From Octopus vulgaris (taxonomy: Eukaryota), in NCBI GenBank assembly GCA_951406725.2, contig OX597830.1:55118001-55182000 (forward strand): a DNA stretch of 64,000 bases, given 5' to 3'. Position numbers and translations under genes: made by a program. The notes beneath the pieces were generated by a model. It searched no databases. It was not told the origin of the DNA and saw only the letters and a program-made list of their open reading frames with translations. Positions 13,303-24,810 of this stretch are shown here, one piece after another. Within the stretch, counting starts at the first letter, position 1, and the number at the start of each line of letters is the position of its first letter.

Positions 13303-16300
13303 TAGAAACTAGGCACTGATGCATAGAGAGACAGTTCAGTGCAGATGTTTTGGCCCAGCTGACTGGATATCCAACGTGTTTTGGTGACTACTTTTTTAAC
13401 ATAGATGCAAACATGCATTTTCCTGCAGAAATTGCTCATGCAGATGGAGGGCGAGAGAGACATTACAATTTAAAAATTTCTAAATTGAATACAACATAAA
13501 CATGTCCCCTCTCATATATATATTACGAGAAATGTGCTCACAGACATAAACAGATAGCAGGGAGAAGAATGAGAGCAACAATAAAGCATCTAAGTCAGCA
13601 TTGAATCAGTGGTACCAAAATGACCGTCAAAACATCTCATACTGATCATACACCACCATTATGGACATAAACTGTACTTTAATTGCTTCAAGGTATTTTA
13701 TTAGTTTCTCTTTTACTTTTGGTTTTCTATTTTTTAATATAAAGGTCGATTGGATTTTTGTGGTTTTCATTTCAAAATTGTAATTATTCTAAAATGAAGT
13801 AGGGAGGTGGAATTTATATATTTTAATTTTATTCCGATTGTTTCTTCTTGGTGTGTGAAATTATTGATTGAATGGGGGCTTTATCAAGGAACGCGCGTGT
13901 TGATGCATAGGTGAAGGAAGAAGCTAAGAGTGTTCAAGGTTGCGAAGGGAAATAAACCCTTTGTAAAAAGAAGTGTTGCCTCCCTTGAATTTCCCATCAT
14001 TTGACCCATTTCATTTAAGCATTTGATGTGTTTAACGAATTAAGATTTAAAACATAAGTTTCTAAAGTAAATGGTCCGTAGATGTTCAGTTTTACTATTA
14101 ATAATATTTTCTTTTTTTTCACTTTAATGTTTTTGTGCCACTAAATTTTAAATCCATTTAATTAAAAAAAAAAAATGCATAAAGAGAGGCAGTTTGGCAA
14201 AACCTCTAATTGTCATTATGAAATAAATGAGTAGATCTCATTAGTACAGATTTATTCTAATTTATGGTACCATCAATTACTTGTTGGTTTATTATTTATC
14301 AGGCGAAATCTCGGCTTGTCTCATTGCATCTTTCCCAGTTCAGGTATATATACAACAGGCTTATTTATAATCATTTCCTCTTTACCTTCTAACTTTGCCA
14401 TTTCTTTTTTTTTTTTTCCTTTGTCAGTTGCCTGTTTTATTCATTCCTTTGGATAAATGAATTTGTTAATCCTTCTAAACGTCTTTACTCGTAGTTTTAC
14501 TAACTGATAATGACCTTTTTTTTTTTTTTTTTTTTTCCAATATTTTCATTTTTAAAAAAAATTTGTTGTTGTTTTGCACATGCACTGCTTTGTTCCACAT
14601 ATCTGGCAGATATTTGTTTTTGAATATTTTTTTTATTTGTAAAAAAACAAAAAAAATAAATAAAACTTTATCATTCATTACTTTATATGTTAATCAATAC
14701 ATATGAAAGTATTCATATTTATAGTTTCTTTTTCTCTTGAAGAATGCAATTCTCATTTCTCATCTATATACTGAGCAAGCTGTATTCTTTTTCCCCTCCT
14801 CCTTTTAATGACATAGTCTCTCCCTCTCTTTCTCTCTCTCTCCCTCTCTCTCAGCTTTTCATTACATCAAGTGTAATGAAGTTGAAAGACTTCAATCTAA
14901 ATTTCTGCCAACCCTATTAGTCGTCGTCACATGAGATATTGTTAGTGTTTTCCTTATTAGCTGTAATTTGTTAAACAACTGTCATATCTCAGCTGCAAGC
15001 TTATCTTACAAGAGCTGTTCTGTTGCATCTTCATCTTGCTTTATTTATCTCCACAAAACTCTTTTGATGTTGTATTGTTCATTGCTGTTAAGCATGATAG
15101 ATGAGCTTGAATTGGAAAACAAATGAAAGAAAATACTTTCTATAATGTTATTTTATGCAATTTAAAAGTGGATAAAATTTTACTGTAGAACTGGATTTTG
15201 ACTTTAGCATTATTTCATAAACCCTTTCCTTCTCTGTCTAAGAGATAACCAGTGATTTATTGCCACACAGCAGATTATTTCATTATGTGATTACTGATAA
15301 TTATACAGATTATAAAACATCTTGTCATATTAAATTCCTATTCAAAAAATAAATATATTTAGAATGAAATTAAAAAGAAAAATGCAATAGTTATATAGAC
15401 AGCCATTCATAACTGAATTTCTTAAATATTTTCTTAATATCAAAAATAGTTGGAAATCTTTGGCTAATTAAAAAGAAAAAAAAAAGAGAAAAAAACCCCC
15501 AGGAATAAGTATTTAAAAACCTGTCATTGTTTATCCTTATATTATAAATTTAACTTTCCAAACTCTAACTGCCATTGTAGACTTTATATGGTTAGATAGA
15601 AAGGCACTTGCACATACATATATGCATGTGTGTGTGTATGTTTGTATGTAACTGATGTACTATAAAATAAAAACAGTCTGTTTTTAACTAATAATTTTTT
15701 TTATTTTGGAACCTACCTCAACATAAACATACAGCTCCACATTTACACATGCATATACATAACACTCACTCATACAGTTTGCGAAGAAATATTATTTGAA
15801 GCTCATTTACATAATCTCTTTGTAGAAATAGTTTAATGTTGCTTTATTTTTTTCTTTCCCTATAATAAAATATTTTAACATCATCATTTAGCCAAACTAA
15901 AGATTTTTCTTTATATCAGTAAGAATTTTGATACAGATTGATTCTTTTTTTTTTATTTTTTTATTACATTAGTTTGAATTTAAAATTAGTTGGTGGATTT
16001 ATCTAAATAACATTTCCCTAATTATGGTTTATAAAGAGAAAAATATTGCTTTTAATACAAACATTAACAAAGTAAGTTTATGTTTTGTTTAACTTTTTAA
16101 ATGTATATCAACATATAATCAACCATTTAAAAGGTTAAATTTACATAAATATGCTTGATTGTATGTGTCTAACAATTTAGTATGTTTCTTTTTAATAAAC
16201 AGCTTTTGTGTAATCTATATCTTTAATAAATTTTCCTGAAATGTGCCTCTGTTTCAAGGGAATAATTGTTTTCTTATCTATCTACTGCATGCTTTTGGAT

Positions 16301-16575
16301 TTTTGAACATTTTGCCTGCTCTCACTAACCTTTTTGGTCTGGCTGTGTATTCACCTCTGAGCCAAACTATCTACTTATATATGCATTGGGTGGCTACAGC
16401 AGCATAGCATAATGACAAATAGCTTATCTTCACTTGATTAAATTCTTTCTGGTTCTTCCTTCAAGCAGGCAGATGTTGGTAGCTTTCCCATATGGTATCG
16501 GGCATCTAACGTTACTAGCAGAGCTTCTAAAACCTTTATTTTCATCATCTAATGTTCTTTTCTTTCTTTCTTTAG

Positions 16576-16649
16576 GCAAGTCTGGTGTTGTCGGACCTAA
16601 AAAATCAGAACAGTTGACCATCAGCCATGGAGTTGTCAGTGATTCTCAG
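16576..16649 (+). CDS. Internal coding exon of unidentified host gene (phase 1 to 0; GKSGVVGPKKSEQLTISHGVVSDSQ)
   Basis: Acceptor tgttctttctttctttctttag and donor CAG|gtaaat. Only one of three frames is open. It is GC-richer than the flanks and phase-compatible with the downstream exons. Confidence 0.78.
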
Positions 16650-17265
16650 GTAAATTCTTTGCTTCATTCTACAGGATATTAGGTTATTTTTTTGTTTTTT
16701 TTTTGTGGTGGTGGGGGTTACAGATGATGTAAGTGGATAACAGCTAGTCCATTGGGATAATTTTTGATAGGCTAATATGGTTTTGCTACCTCTTCATTCA
16801 GTATCCTATCTTTATATAAACGACATCAGCTGAGTTTCTCATACTTTAGATAACAAATCTAAACGGTAGTGGTGATGGCTGGTACTGTAAAGATGAAAGT
16901 GACTAGAAACTGTTTCAAGAATTTTATTTCTGAATGAAAACAAAACGTCTTTTATCTAAAGAGGCCCAATATTGTCTACATACATTATCAGAAGTGTTAT
17001 ACTCTTTATCAACAAGAATTAGTGAACAAGATTTACAAATACCTGTGATATGTGTATGAAATATTTCAAAGTTGTAAATAAAGTTAGTATTTGAATAGAA
17101 CATGTAGGTCAATAGTCTGGCACATAGTCTGGAAAACGTTGCTGGTGTAAATTATATGTGAAGGAGCAGAAAAATATAGAATTACTTGTTGGATCTTGAA
17201 GTAATGACAGAATTAAGACTACAGTAAATTCACATTAAAATTAACTAAGAGGGTGAACTGTATTC

Positions 17266-17714
17266 AGGTGTAGCTGAGTATCCATATGCAGATGGAAATA
17301 TATAGCATTGGGCCTCTATGGAGGCATAGTGACTGAGTTCCTTTCAAACATTGGGCCTGACAGAGACAAAGTGGATGAGTTCCTTTCGAGTGTTGGGCCT
17401 CATAGAGACAAAATGGCCAAGCTCTTTTCAAGTGTTGGGCCTTATGGAGGCACTGAGCAAGACCTTTGGCATTATGTCGTGCTTGAGAAGACCCATCAAA
17501 CTGAGCAAAATCAGTCGTGGCAGAAACTGGTATCATGCAAATGGCACCCATGCCGGTGGCACATAAAAGCACCCGTTACACTCTGAGTGGTTGGCATTAG
17601 GAAAGGTATCCAGCCATAGAAAACCATGCCAAATCAGACTGGAGCCTGGTGCAGCCTTCCAGCATGCCAGCTCAGTCAAACCACTCAACCCATACCAGCA
17701 TGGATAATGGACAT

Positions 17715-17718
<4 letters not shown>
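17266..17718 (+). mobile_element. SINE with internal 42-43-bp tandem repeat and RTE-like 3' tail
   Basis: About 3.5 units of (c/t)(a/g)ttgggcct...ctttc (17306-17455), then tail aaaagcaccc...ggttggcattaggaaaggtatccagccatagaaa...ccagcatgga...ggacattaaa ending in (TA)n. Confidence 0.75.
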
Positions 17719-17763
<45 letters not shown>

Positions 17764-18506
17764 CATTTTGGGATTTGGTTTGCAAGATTCTTTATGTGAG
17801 TTTGTGTGTTGAAGCATATTCTATTGTCTTGGGAGAATCATTTTCTTTTTGTACCTTATAAGTGTTAAATTATAAGGCACAAAAAGAAAATGACTCTCTG
17901 CAGACACAAAAGGACACACACACACACACACATACATACATGCACACATCCTTCAAGATCACATTTTATCTATACATTATGTGTTTTTCCAAGCACTGGC
18001 CAGTGACACCAGTACCTTCCATGAGACTGGTGCAAATTGTATATTGTGGATGCAAGGTTGTAGTTCTTGAAGCCTTTGTCTCAGTATCTTTCTTGGTTAT
18101 GATCATACATTGGTCCATTGACTGAATCATAGACATAAAACTATATTTTACCATTTTTTCTGACAAATTGGTGACTACCCGAATAAACAGGTGTATTATT
18201 TCAAATTAGTAGTACCTTCACCTAATTAGCAGAAGTTTAAGTATTTTTCGTTCATTTGATGCACTGAGGAATGAAACAGGAAAAAAACAGCCATTAAAGA
18301 TGTTCAACCATAACTTCTTGGAATTGTAATGCTGCAGTGGTAGTTGGTGCATTATGTCTTTCAAAACTCCTGAATGTTCTGATCTTTAACCTGACTGGTT
18401 CACTTTTCTTGTTGCAATGGATGCTTTATCATGGATAATGTTGGGTTAACCACCCATTCTGTGATGAGTTTTCTGTGGTGAAATTGGCTTGAAAAATCTT
18501 GACATA

Positions 18507-19330
18507 TGAGGTGTTATTAAAAGTTCTTGGACTAGTTCTGTAGCATGCCAACAGATGGCAGCACACGGTTGCAAGTGCAGTGACCTTCAAAAAGTAGTGT
18601 GCTGAGTAACATTACTGAGTTTACTTCACAAGTTGTGAAATTTGTGTTTTTGTGATCAAGTGTGTGCTGTAGTTATTGATTTTGTCATGGACAGGAACAA
18701 ATAGCCAATGTGAAATTTTGCATTAATGTTGGAAAGTCTGCTACAGAGACATTGAGCATGTTTCAGCAAGCTTACAGTGATGAGGCAATGTTTCGAGTGG
18801 CACAGGCACTTCAAAAGCGGAAGAACGTCCCTGGGAGACGATGAGTGATCTGGAAGACCTGCCAGAAGTGTTACCCCCAGAAATGTGGTGTTATGCATCA
18901 AGAATTTGTCCTCCAGGGCCAGATCCTCAATTGAGAATTTTACTGCAACATTTTGAAGTGTTTGAGGAAGGACACTCAGAAAAAGTGACCAAATCTGTGG
19001 AACATGAAGAATTAAATTCTTTATGATAACCAAGTTCTCCTCACTCATGAATTTCTCACCCAATAAACAGGGTATTGCTTCTGTACCTGCCCTATAAACC
19101 AGATTTAGCAGCTCAAAAGGTTGCCATTTTAAAACCATTGTCGAGATCCAGAGCGAATCACAGAAGGTCCACAATTTGCTTACGAAAAACAACTTACAGG
19201 TTGGATTCCAAAAGTGGCAGCTGTGCTGCATAAAATGACTATTTCGAAGGAGATGATGTTAAAACTTAGGTAAATAAGTTATTTTTTTTATTAAACATAA
19301 CTAGCCCAGGAACCTTTTGATACCACCTTG
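18507..19330 (+). mobile_element. Internally deleted mariner (DD34D-type) transposon
   Basis: TA-flanked TIRs of about 31 bp (tgaggtgttattaaaagttcttggactagtt and aactagcccaggaaccttttgataccaccttg). Plus-strand remnants read EQIANVKFCINVGKSATETLSMFQQAYSDEAM and FEWHRHFKSGRTSLGDDE*SGRP, with a decayed YSPDLAP-like motif near 19090-19110. Confidence 0.9.
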
Positions 19331-19659
19331 TATGTGTCTAGCTAGCTTCATTTTGAAATTTCTACACCGACAGGATATTTAATGGATAAGCCACATTACC
19401 ACTGCCTCCTCAAGATTGTTTCCATTATGCAACTGTCTTTATATATATATATTTGCACCAATAGATGATAATTTAAAATTCCATCATTACTGTATTTCAA
19501 AGAATATGTAGTGATTTAACTTTTGCCTTCTCCATGTCTTAAACTTTGCTTTTTAACTTCGTATTCTTCATGAACTATCTCCACTGAAGCAGTTTGAATA
19601 TTATTTTCTGATCATACCTTAATAAAATATATTTTTTCAAATAGTTACAATATAAGAGG

Positions 19660-19830
19660 ACTAGAAAGTTGTGTCAGTATGTTGTCACTCGACTTGTTTG
19701 ACATAGCAGTTAAATTTCTCTCAAATCTCACCATACCACTTTTTTTAAAGGGAAGGACACTAATGATGAAATTGAAGATATTCCTAATGGTCATGACTGG
19801 AATGCCTTTCATTTTTGATCTGGTCAACTA
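19660..19830 (+). repeat. Old interspersed repeat (further copies near 37085-37250 on + and 55195-55290 on -)
   Basis: Shared approximate core atagcag(c/t)(c/t)aaat(c/t)tc..caaatctca...aaagggaaggacac(a)ttgg across the three loci. Confidence 0.55.
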
Positions 19831-20032
19831 TTGTTAACTTGGTAAATCAACAACAATTAGCTTAAAACAGTTCTATATTTAAGAGATGTGGAACTATGTA
19901 CATTATTTACATATGACTGATATTTGTCCTCATCTTGTTTGTTGTTAACACAACATTTCGGCTGATATACCCTCCAGCAATACAACACTTTATAAATATC
20001 TCCTTTGAGTAAAACCACCAATAGAAGACTAT

Positions 20033-20350
20033 GTGACCAAGAACTGCATGTACTCCATGCCATGCAGCTATGGTAGGTTATACAAAGGTGAAACATGCCA
20101 CCCCCTCAAAATAAGGGTAGAACATCGCAAAGCTGTGAAACGGGGAGATATTGATAAATCGGGTATAGCTGATCATGTATGGAAAAATGGAGACCACCTT
20201 CCCCTGTGGGATGAAGTTAAAATAATAGACAGAGACCACCACTGGAAAATACGAAAACTAAAAGAAGCAGCACATATGCTAGGACACAACAACCTCCTAA
20301 GCAGATCGAGTGCATATATGAATAGCATATGGAAACCAGTAATCAGGTAG
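20033..20350 (+). pseudogene. Penelope-type GIY-YIG endonuclease domain remnant
   Basis: CMYSMPCSYGRLYKGET...LKIRVEHRKAV...KSGIADHVW...H...WDEVKIID...RKLKEAAH...NLLSR matches the PLE GIY-YIG pattern VY.I.C..C...Y.GET...L..R..EH...S..A.H...R...E..I...N. Confidence 0.88.
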
Positions 20351-20404
20351 CATAGGAGAATATTAGATTTATAAGCCCTAAAATTCACTCCATAATTGCC
20401 CACA

Positions 20405-20470
20405 GGCATATGACGTAGTGGTTAAGAGCATGGGCTACGAACCCCAAGATTCCGAATTCAATTCCAGGCA
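20405..20470 (+). promoter_or_regulatory. tRNA-derived Pol III promoter-like head inside the Penelope 3' region
   Basis: A-box-like tgacgtagtgg (20411-20421) and B-box-like gaattcaattcc (20454-20465) at tRNA spacing, followed by (AAT)n. Confidence 0.65.
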
Positions 20471-20577
20471 GTGACCTGAATAATAATAATAATAATAACA
20501 ACAACATCAACATTGAAAATACCTTTTTTGTCGAAAAATACCTCAGGAATGAGAACCCAGGTTCGAAATTTCCTTAA

Positions 20578-20623
20578 GACACCTGATGAAGGCTGGAGGG
20601 TATATCAGCCAAAACGTTGTGTT
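20578..20623 (+). ncRNA. Minimal type I hammerhead ribozyme (core-mutated copy)
   Basis: Helix I gacac/gtgtt, core CTGATGA (20583-20589), helix II ggctg/cagcc and palindromic helix III AACGTT. The GAAA box reads AAAA here but is GAAA in the inverted copy (19956-19959, minus strand). Confidence 0.8.
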
Positions 20624-21167
20624 AACAACAAACAAGATGAGGACAAATATCCATCATACGTAAATAATTAGCTTAAACTAATGATAATGTTTAGATACTT
20701 TAATGAGTAAATCAGTAATACTTTCTTGTGTTGAATTCGTTGTTGACTGTTGTGTAAATTATGGATCTGAGTAAAAACAGATGAGTTCAAAATGATGTAC
20801 CTTCAGATATGCTTTTGCATTAAATATGTTTGAACATTGCTTTTCCACGTGGATAGCAGAGAATATGTCTACTTGTCTACACCTCTTGTACATTAATCCA
20901 GAGACTGTCTCATCCCTACATTGACTATGTCTGACCGGAGATGTTTGATAATGTCTAAAATGGGTCCAAATTTCTCTGTTGTATTTGCTGATAGACTAGA
21001 ATAATGTTAATCAACTACTTTCTGCTTTTAGTCCCTTCCCATCACAACATAATTTCTCAAGTTAACCGTTTGATGCCTACTACATTAAAACAAGTTTAAC
21101 CATTACTTTAGATAAGACAATATCTTTATTCACATCTCTTGTGTTTTTCTTTCACTTGCTGAGTCAG

Positions 21168-21212
21168 GACAAAGGAGAAACAGAGTCCATGACTGCAGGT
21201 CCTCCAAAACCT
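21168..21212 (+). CDS. Candidate 45-nt cassette exon (phase 0-0; DKGETESMTAGPPKP)
   Basis: Long pyrimidine tract tatctttattcacatctcttgtgtttttctttcacttgctgagtcag and donor CCT|gtgaga. Purine-rich, frame-preserving and fits between the phase-0 end at 16649 and the phase-0 start at 31361. Confidence 0.6.
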
Positions 21213-21954
21213 GTGAGATTGATGCTATTAATATTCTAGTTAAGTTGTTGCAGTACTTGCAGGAAAGACATGATTAGGGAAAATGCTCTGGTAAAAAAGA
21301 GCTGGGCATAATGGAAAAGTGAGGTTGGACAAAACAAAAGTGACGAGATGGAAAGATAAGTGAGTTGGGGTTGTCTGAGTAGTGAAGGCATGAGACCAAT
21401 CAGCTCTAAAGAGCTGAAGCCATTATAATAGCAATAGAAAAGACAGGGAGATGGGGTAGCACACTTGTGGACCAGAAGCTGAAGTGCGTCCATCAGTAAT
21501 GGAATACTGATCAGCCAAGTGTCTGATCTCCAGATGTGGTCTGTTGAAATATTTTTAGTATTTTTTCATGTGACATAAAACTGCGAATGTTTTGCTCTCT
21601 GTTGCTTTCATTTGTGCAAGAATTCCACTTGAAGTTGACATCATGGCTTTATAGAGGGATAGGTGTGAGAAAATATGAATATTGGTCAGGTTGAAAAACT
21701 AAATACAGAATTACTTCCATTTGTATAATTTTATTGATTTAGCATTGATTTATCCTCAATTCACATTACAGCAGGTTCTTTCACTTGCTGAAATATAATG
21801 TTGTTAAATTGCTACATTCATTCTTTCTTTCTTGTAAGAGAATATTGAAGGTGATATCAATATTGTAAACGATCAAGTTAATGTTAGAGTCTTGTTTATT
21901 ACACCACTAATAGTATTTCTCTGCTTGTTATATCTGTCCACCTTCACTGTTTAG

Positions 21955-21970
21955 TTGTCTTTTCTGTAAG
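21955..21970 (+). CDS. Candidate 16-nt stop-containing microexon (LSFL*)
   Basis: cactaat branch-like site near 21905, tract tatttctctgcttgttatatctgtccaccttcactgtttag, exon TTGTCTTTTCTGTAAG and donor AAG|gtatgt. Confidence 0.3.
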
Positions 21971-22074
21971 GTATGTCGCATAACTTGAAACTATTTAAAC
22001 AAATACTGAGATGAACATCTTCTTTACACAACTATTGTAGCTCTTACATTTATTCCTCTTGATATAAGCTCATT

Positions 22075-22480
22075 TGTTTTTCTGTCTGTTTTTCCATCCT
22101 GGCATGGGTTAGATGAATATGTTATTGAGGCATATGTTTTACGGTCAGATGTCTTTCATGAACTTAACCCTTACCTGTTTTTTAAGTGAGAGATCTCTTA
22201 TTCCATGTGGCTTCAAAGGCACAGAGCAAGTGTGTGATTTATTGACAAGAGAAATGACAACTAGAACACTCTACAAATGTGATTTTTATGTAAGCAATCA
22301 GCAGATATAAAGATACAAATATCATGTATGCATACACACACACACACACTATTGGCTTTTTTTTCAGTTTCCATCAACCAAATCCACTTGCAAGTCTTTG
22401 GTTGGGCTGGGGCTATAGTAGATGATACCTTTAGGTGCCACACAGTAGAACTAAAGCTATATGGTTTGGAAGTGCAATCT
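22075..22480 (-). mobile_element. Old tRNA-derived SINE with RTE-like tail, antisense
   Basis: Reverse-complement motifs of the same family (ttttccatcctggcatgggttag; tttcagtttccatcaaccaaatccacttgcaag; ggggctatagtagatgatacc...gtgccacacagt). Confidence 0.6.
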
Positions 22481-23096
22481 CCACAATGCATTTATATTTG
22501 CCCCTGCTTGTTAAAAGGAAGCATTAATTATGAATGTTAGCAAAAATCTTGGGTGAATGCTTATATCATTGTTTTATGCAAATAATAAATAGTCTCATAA
22601 CTATTGAAGTTGAGATTCTTGTAAAAGGCTAAATGTGATAAAAACATTTAACTGTTATTAGTTTTTACAGGTATTTTTTGTTTTGTATGTAAGGAAATGG
22701 ATCTTTAACATTTTATAAACTCATGGTACCTTCCCTTTAATACCAAATTCTCTCTTCTCCCACCACTCTCACTTTCATCCTCCTGTTTACAATATCATTT
22801 CTATTCTGCTGCTCTGCACTATCAGACATCCCCTACACCTTGCACCTCTACCCCATTCATTCCTACTTACCTCATACTTTGAAGGTTCACCCTGACACCC
22901 CATCACCTCTTTTTATCACTTTCCAGCTCCACCCAATCGCTCCTACCCTCTCCTCCAAAATGTGAGTGGTCCTGTAGCTTCTCTTCAACAAGAAACCTGT
23001 TCTGCTCCAACCTAACTCTCTCAAACTTTACCTCTCTCTCTACTCTTTTTTTCTCCTGTCATAAAGGTCTCCCTTCTCCCTTGATATTCTTAATTT

Positions 23097-23330
23097 CTGC
23101 ATGGCTACTTCACTAGTGCAAGCTGCATGGCTACTTCACTAGTGCAAGTGACATGAAAAAAGCACCCAGTACACACTGTAGAGTACTTGGCATTAGGAAG
23201 GGCATCCAGCCACAGAAAATTTGCCAAAGCAGACACTGGAGCACAATGCAGTCCTTTGGTCTACTGGATCTTGTTAAATTGTTTTCCCCATGTTGGCATG
23301 GAACATGGATGTTAAATGCTGATGATGTTG
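23097..23330 (+). mobile_element. RTE-like SINE/LINE tail preceded by a perfect 26-bp tandem duplication
   Basis: ctgcatggctacttcactagtgcaag occurs twice (23097-23148), followed by aaaaagcacccagtacac...ttggcattaggaagggcatccagcc...ggcatggaacatggatgttaaatgctgatgatg. Confidence 0.75.
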
Positions 23331-24343
23331 ATCATCAATGTAGATCAAGCTATTAATGAAGTGGTTACATGCTACTGCCATAATATTTACATTATCATCA
23401 TCATTGTTTTCCATCTGCATGTCATTGCAGCTCCCTCTGATGGGTCAAAGGACAATGGTTTGCTGCATTCTATCACACTGTAATCTCTAATAATCTGCTG
23501 CTGTAATCTCTACATTCTGCTATAATAATCTCTATATCTCCACCACTCTAATCTTTCCATCTCACCGCCGTAATCTCTGCATCCCACTACTATGAGATTG
23601 TCTTCAGAACTGTAGCCTCCCTGACATTATGTGGCTTGCATTGGTCATTCCCCTTTGAATTGTATGAAATAATGTTACCACAATTTATTCCCAGGTTTGA
23701 AATAAAAAAAAATTTTTTTTTAATTTCCAAAGCTATAAACTGAGATTGTTAGTGACATTGTTTGCAAGCTGGATTTCTCATTTCTAGAAATAATTGAATC
23801 AATAATTTAATTACTGTATTAGCACTGATACCTAGACATTGGCATGCAAATGTAAATCTTAAGTTACTCATTAACAATAATCAAAATGTACATGATTCCT
23901 TTGGCCCAGTGAAGGTTTATATAGTGGTTGGAATAGCACATATTTTGTTAACAATTTGATGTAAAGAAGTAACTTGGGTGGAAAAAATTGTGATTTGATA
24001 TATGCAGTCTTGTAAAGACTGTTCTTATATTAAGCCTCAATTTCTTCATGCAAGCACTGACCTTCTCTACATCATCTCTGCTGAACTTCCATACTGACTA
24101 AACTATTGAATGCCAAAGTGACAAAGATCTTCACGAAACTTGAAGAAGCCAAACAACTTCTGGCAACAACAGCAGTATTTTCTTTTTCAAGATGATGTAC
24201 TCTGATGTCAGTTACAATGTACCAGTTTAATTTTAACCTTTGGTAAATGCTTGTGGTTGAAATAGTAGTTTATTGAACTGTTAATAAGTTGAAAATGTTT
24301 TGTGGTTAAACAGGATCTCCAATTTACAGACACTTTACAATAA

Positions 24344-24799
24344 TCTATTATATAAAATCCGTTCTCTCTGTCTGTATGTGTGTCTTCTAGGATTTTGGGC
24401 ATCCCCCATCCGATTGCGCTCAAATTTGATTTGTAGATACCAAAGGTATCGGGGCGTGTATAAGTCTTGAAAAAATTACAAAAGTTGATTCCAGGTGAGA
24501 ATGCGATCGATAAAGCCGTGGAAACATGCATTTGTACGCGCAAGTACATCAGCTGTTGCGATGTACTTATTGGTACTTTAAACTCTTCGGTTGCATATTT
24601 GTGTGAATAAAATCATTTTTCTTTGGAATAGAAAAAAGTCTATCTTTATTTCTTCTTTTGTTGGTGTTTCAAATTTAGGTTAAATCAGTGTTTCTCAAAG
24701 GGGAGGCCTATGGGATGGTTGGACAAGTTATTTTGAGAAAATTTAGTTTAAATGTTTGACAACTCAGCACCGTCCATTGGACGGGGGACGTTTTGCTCG
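24344..24799 (+). mobile_element. Non-autonomous Helitron (about 456 bp)
   Basis: Inserted between A (24343) and T (24800). The 5' end reads TCTATTATATAAAA, followed by a ctgt microsatellite and ccgattgcgctcaaattt. A 3' hairpin ccgtcc-att-ggacgg (24770-24784) lies 11 nt before the terminal CTCG, a variant of CTAG. Confidence 0.75.
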
Positions 24800-24810
24800 T
24801 ATTTAAATAT

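Larger units (their letters stand above)
19867..20665 (+). mobile_element. 5'-truncated Penelope-like retroelement with inverted terminal (pLTR) copy
   Basis: GIY-YIG endonuclease remnant, 77-bp inverted arms (19902-19978 and 20592-20668) and a 12-bp flanking direct repeat aattagcttaaa (19855-19866 and 20666-20677). Confidence 0.88.

Noticed and set aside
17306-17455. CRISPR-like periodic repeat (also 7012-7200)
   Set aside because: Whole units are similar to each other with no unique spacers, there are no cas genes, and the context is eukaryotic. These are minisatellites.
18656-19231. Longest ORF in the track (191 aa, minus strand)
   Set aside because: It is antisense to the decayed mariner transposase; the recognisable motifs are on the plus strand.
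20405-20470. Functional tRNA gene
   Set aside because: The A and B boxes are degenerate, the acceptor stem does not close, and it is embedded in a retroelement.
24100-24195. Fragment KIFTKLEEAKQLLATTAV resembling a Gypsy RT-RNase H connection
   Set aside because: Too short and lacks neighbouring pol motifs or LTRs.
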